Below, in pieces: positions 58,897-64,000 of a stretch of 64,000 bases of DNA. Source of the stretch: Kordia sp. TARA_039_SRF (GTDB lineage Bacteria > Bacteroidota > Bacteroidia > Flavobacteriales > Flavobacteriaceae); NCBI GenBank assembly GCA_006383075.2, contig SMNH02000006.1, positions 122,174-186,173 of the forward strand. Direction: 5' to 3'. The first letter of the stretch is position 1, and each line of letters starts with the position of its first letter. The position numbers were made by a program, and so were the translations under genes. Below the pieces are notes generated by a model. It made no database searches, had not been told where the DNA came from, and was given only the letters and a program-made list of their open reading frames with translations.

Positions 58897-64000
<5,104 letters not shown>

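Overview
A 64-kb, AT-rich chromosomal window from a Flavobacteriaceae member (Bacteroidota). The assignment is inferred from TAnnTTTG-type promoters, missing Shine-Dalgarno motifs and gene order; it is probably marine, and Kordia-like is only a guess. Most content is core genome: valS; rsfS-ftsH-LUD-cdsA-psd-ACBP; birA; pyrE; ddl-coaD; RluA; a full trpL-EGDCFBA operon with attenuator; rpsU-xerC-hpf; five tRNAs; tuf-secE-nusG-rplKAJL-rpoB and partial rpoC. Accessory genes include two tandem TPR hybrid histidine kinases, a DUF1800/DUF1501 pair, redox lipoproteins, a K+ channel and a GH13 amylase. No IS, prophage or CRISPR array is visible. The unexplained structure is mostly small-scale. (1) The last ~50 bp of an acyl-CoA dehydrogenase gene occurs three times in tandem, and all six variable sites are synonymous. 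(2) There is an unannotated 51-aa double-glycine-leader, Cys/Ser/Thr-rich RiPP-like precursor with no modifying enzyme nearby. (3) Several families of CGTCA/TGTC-tagged palindromes are dispersed through the window, nest inside each other and sit in frame in trpF and a UDG-family gene. (4) Intergenic heptamer tracts show a consistent compositional polarity. (5) A promoter-terminator unit may encode a small RNA. All calls come from reading the sequence and recalled family motifs; no searches were run.
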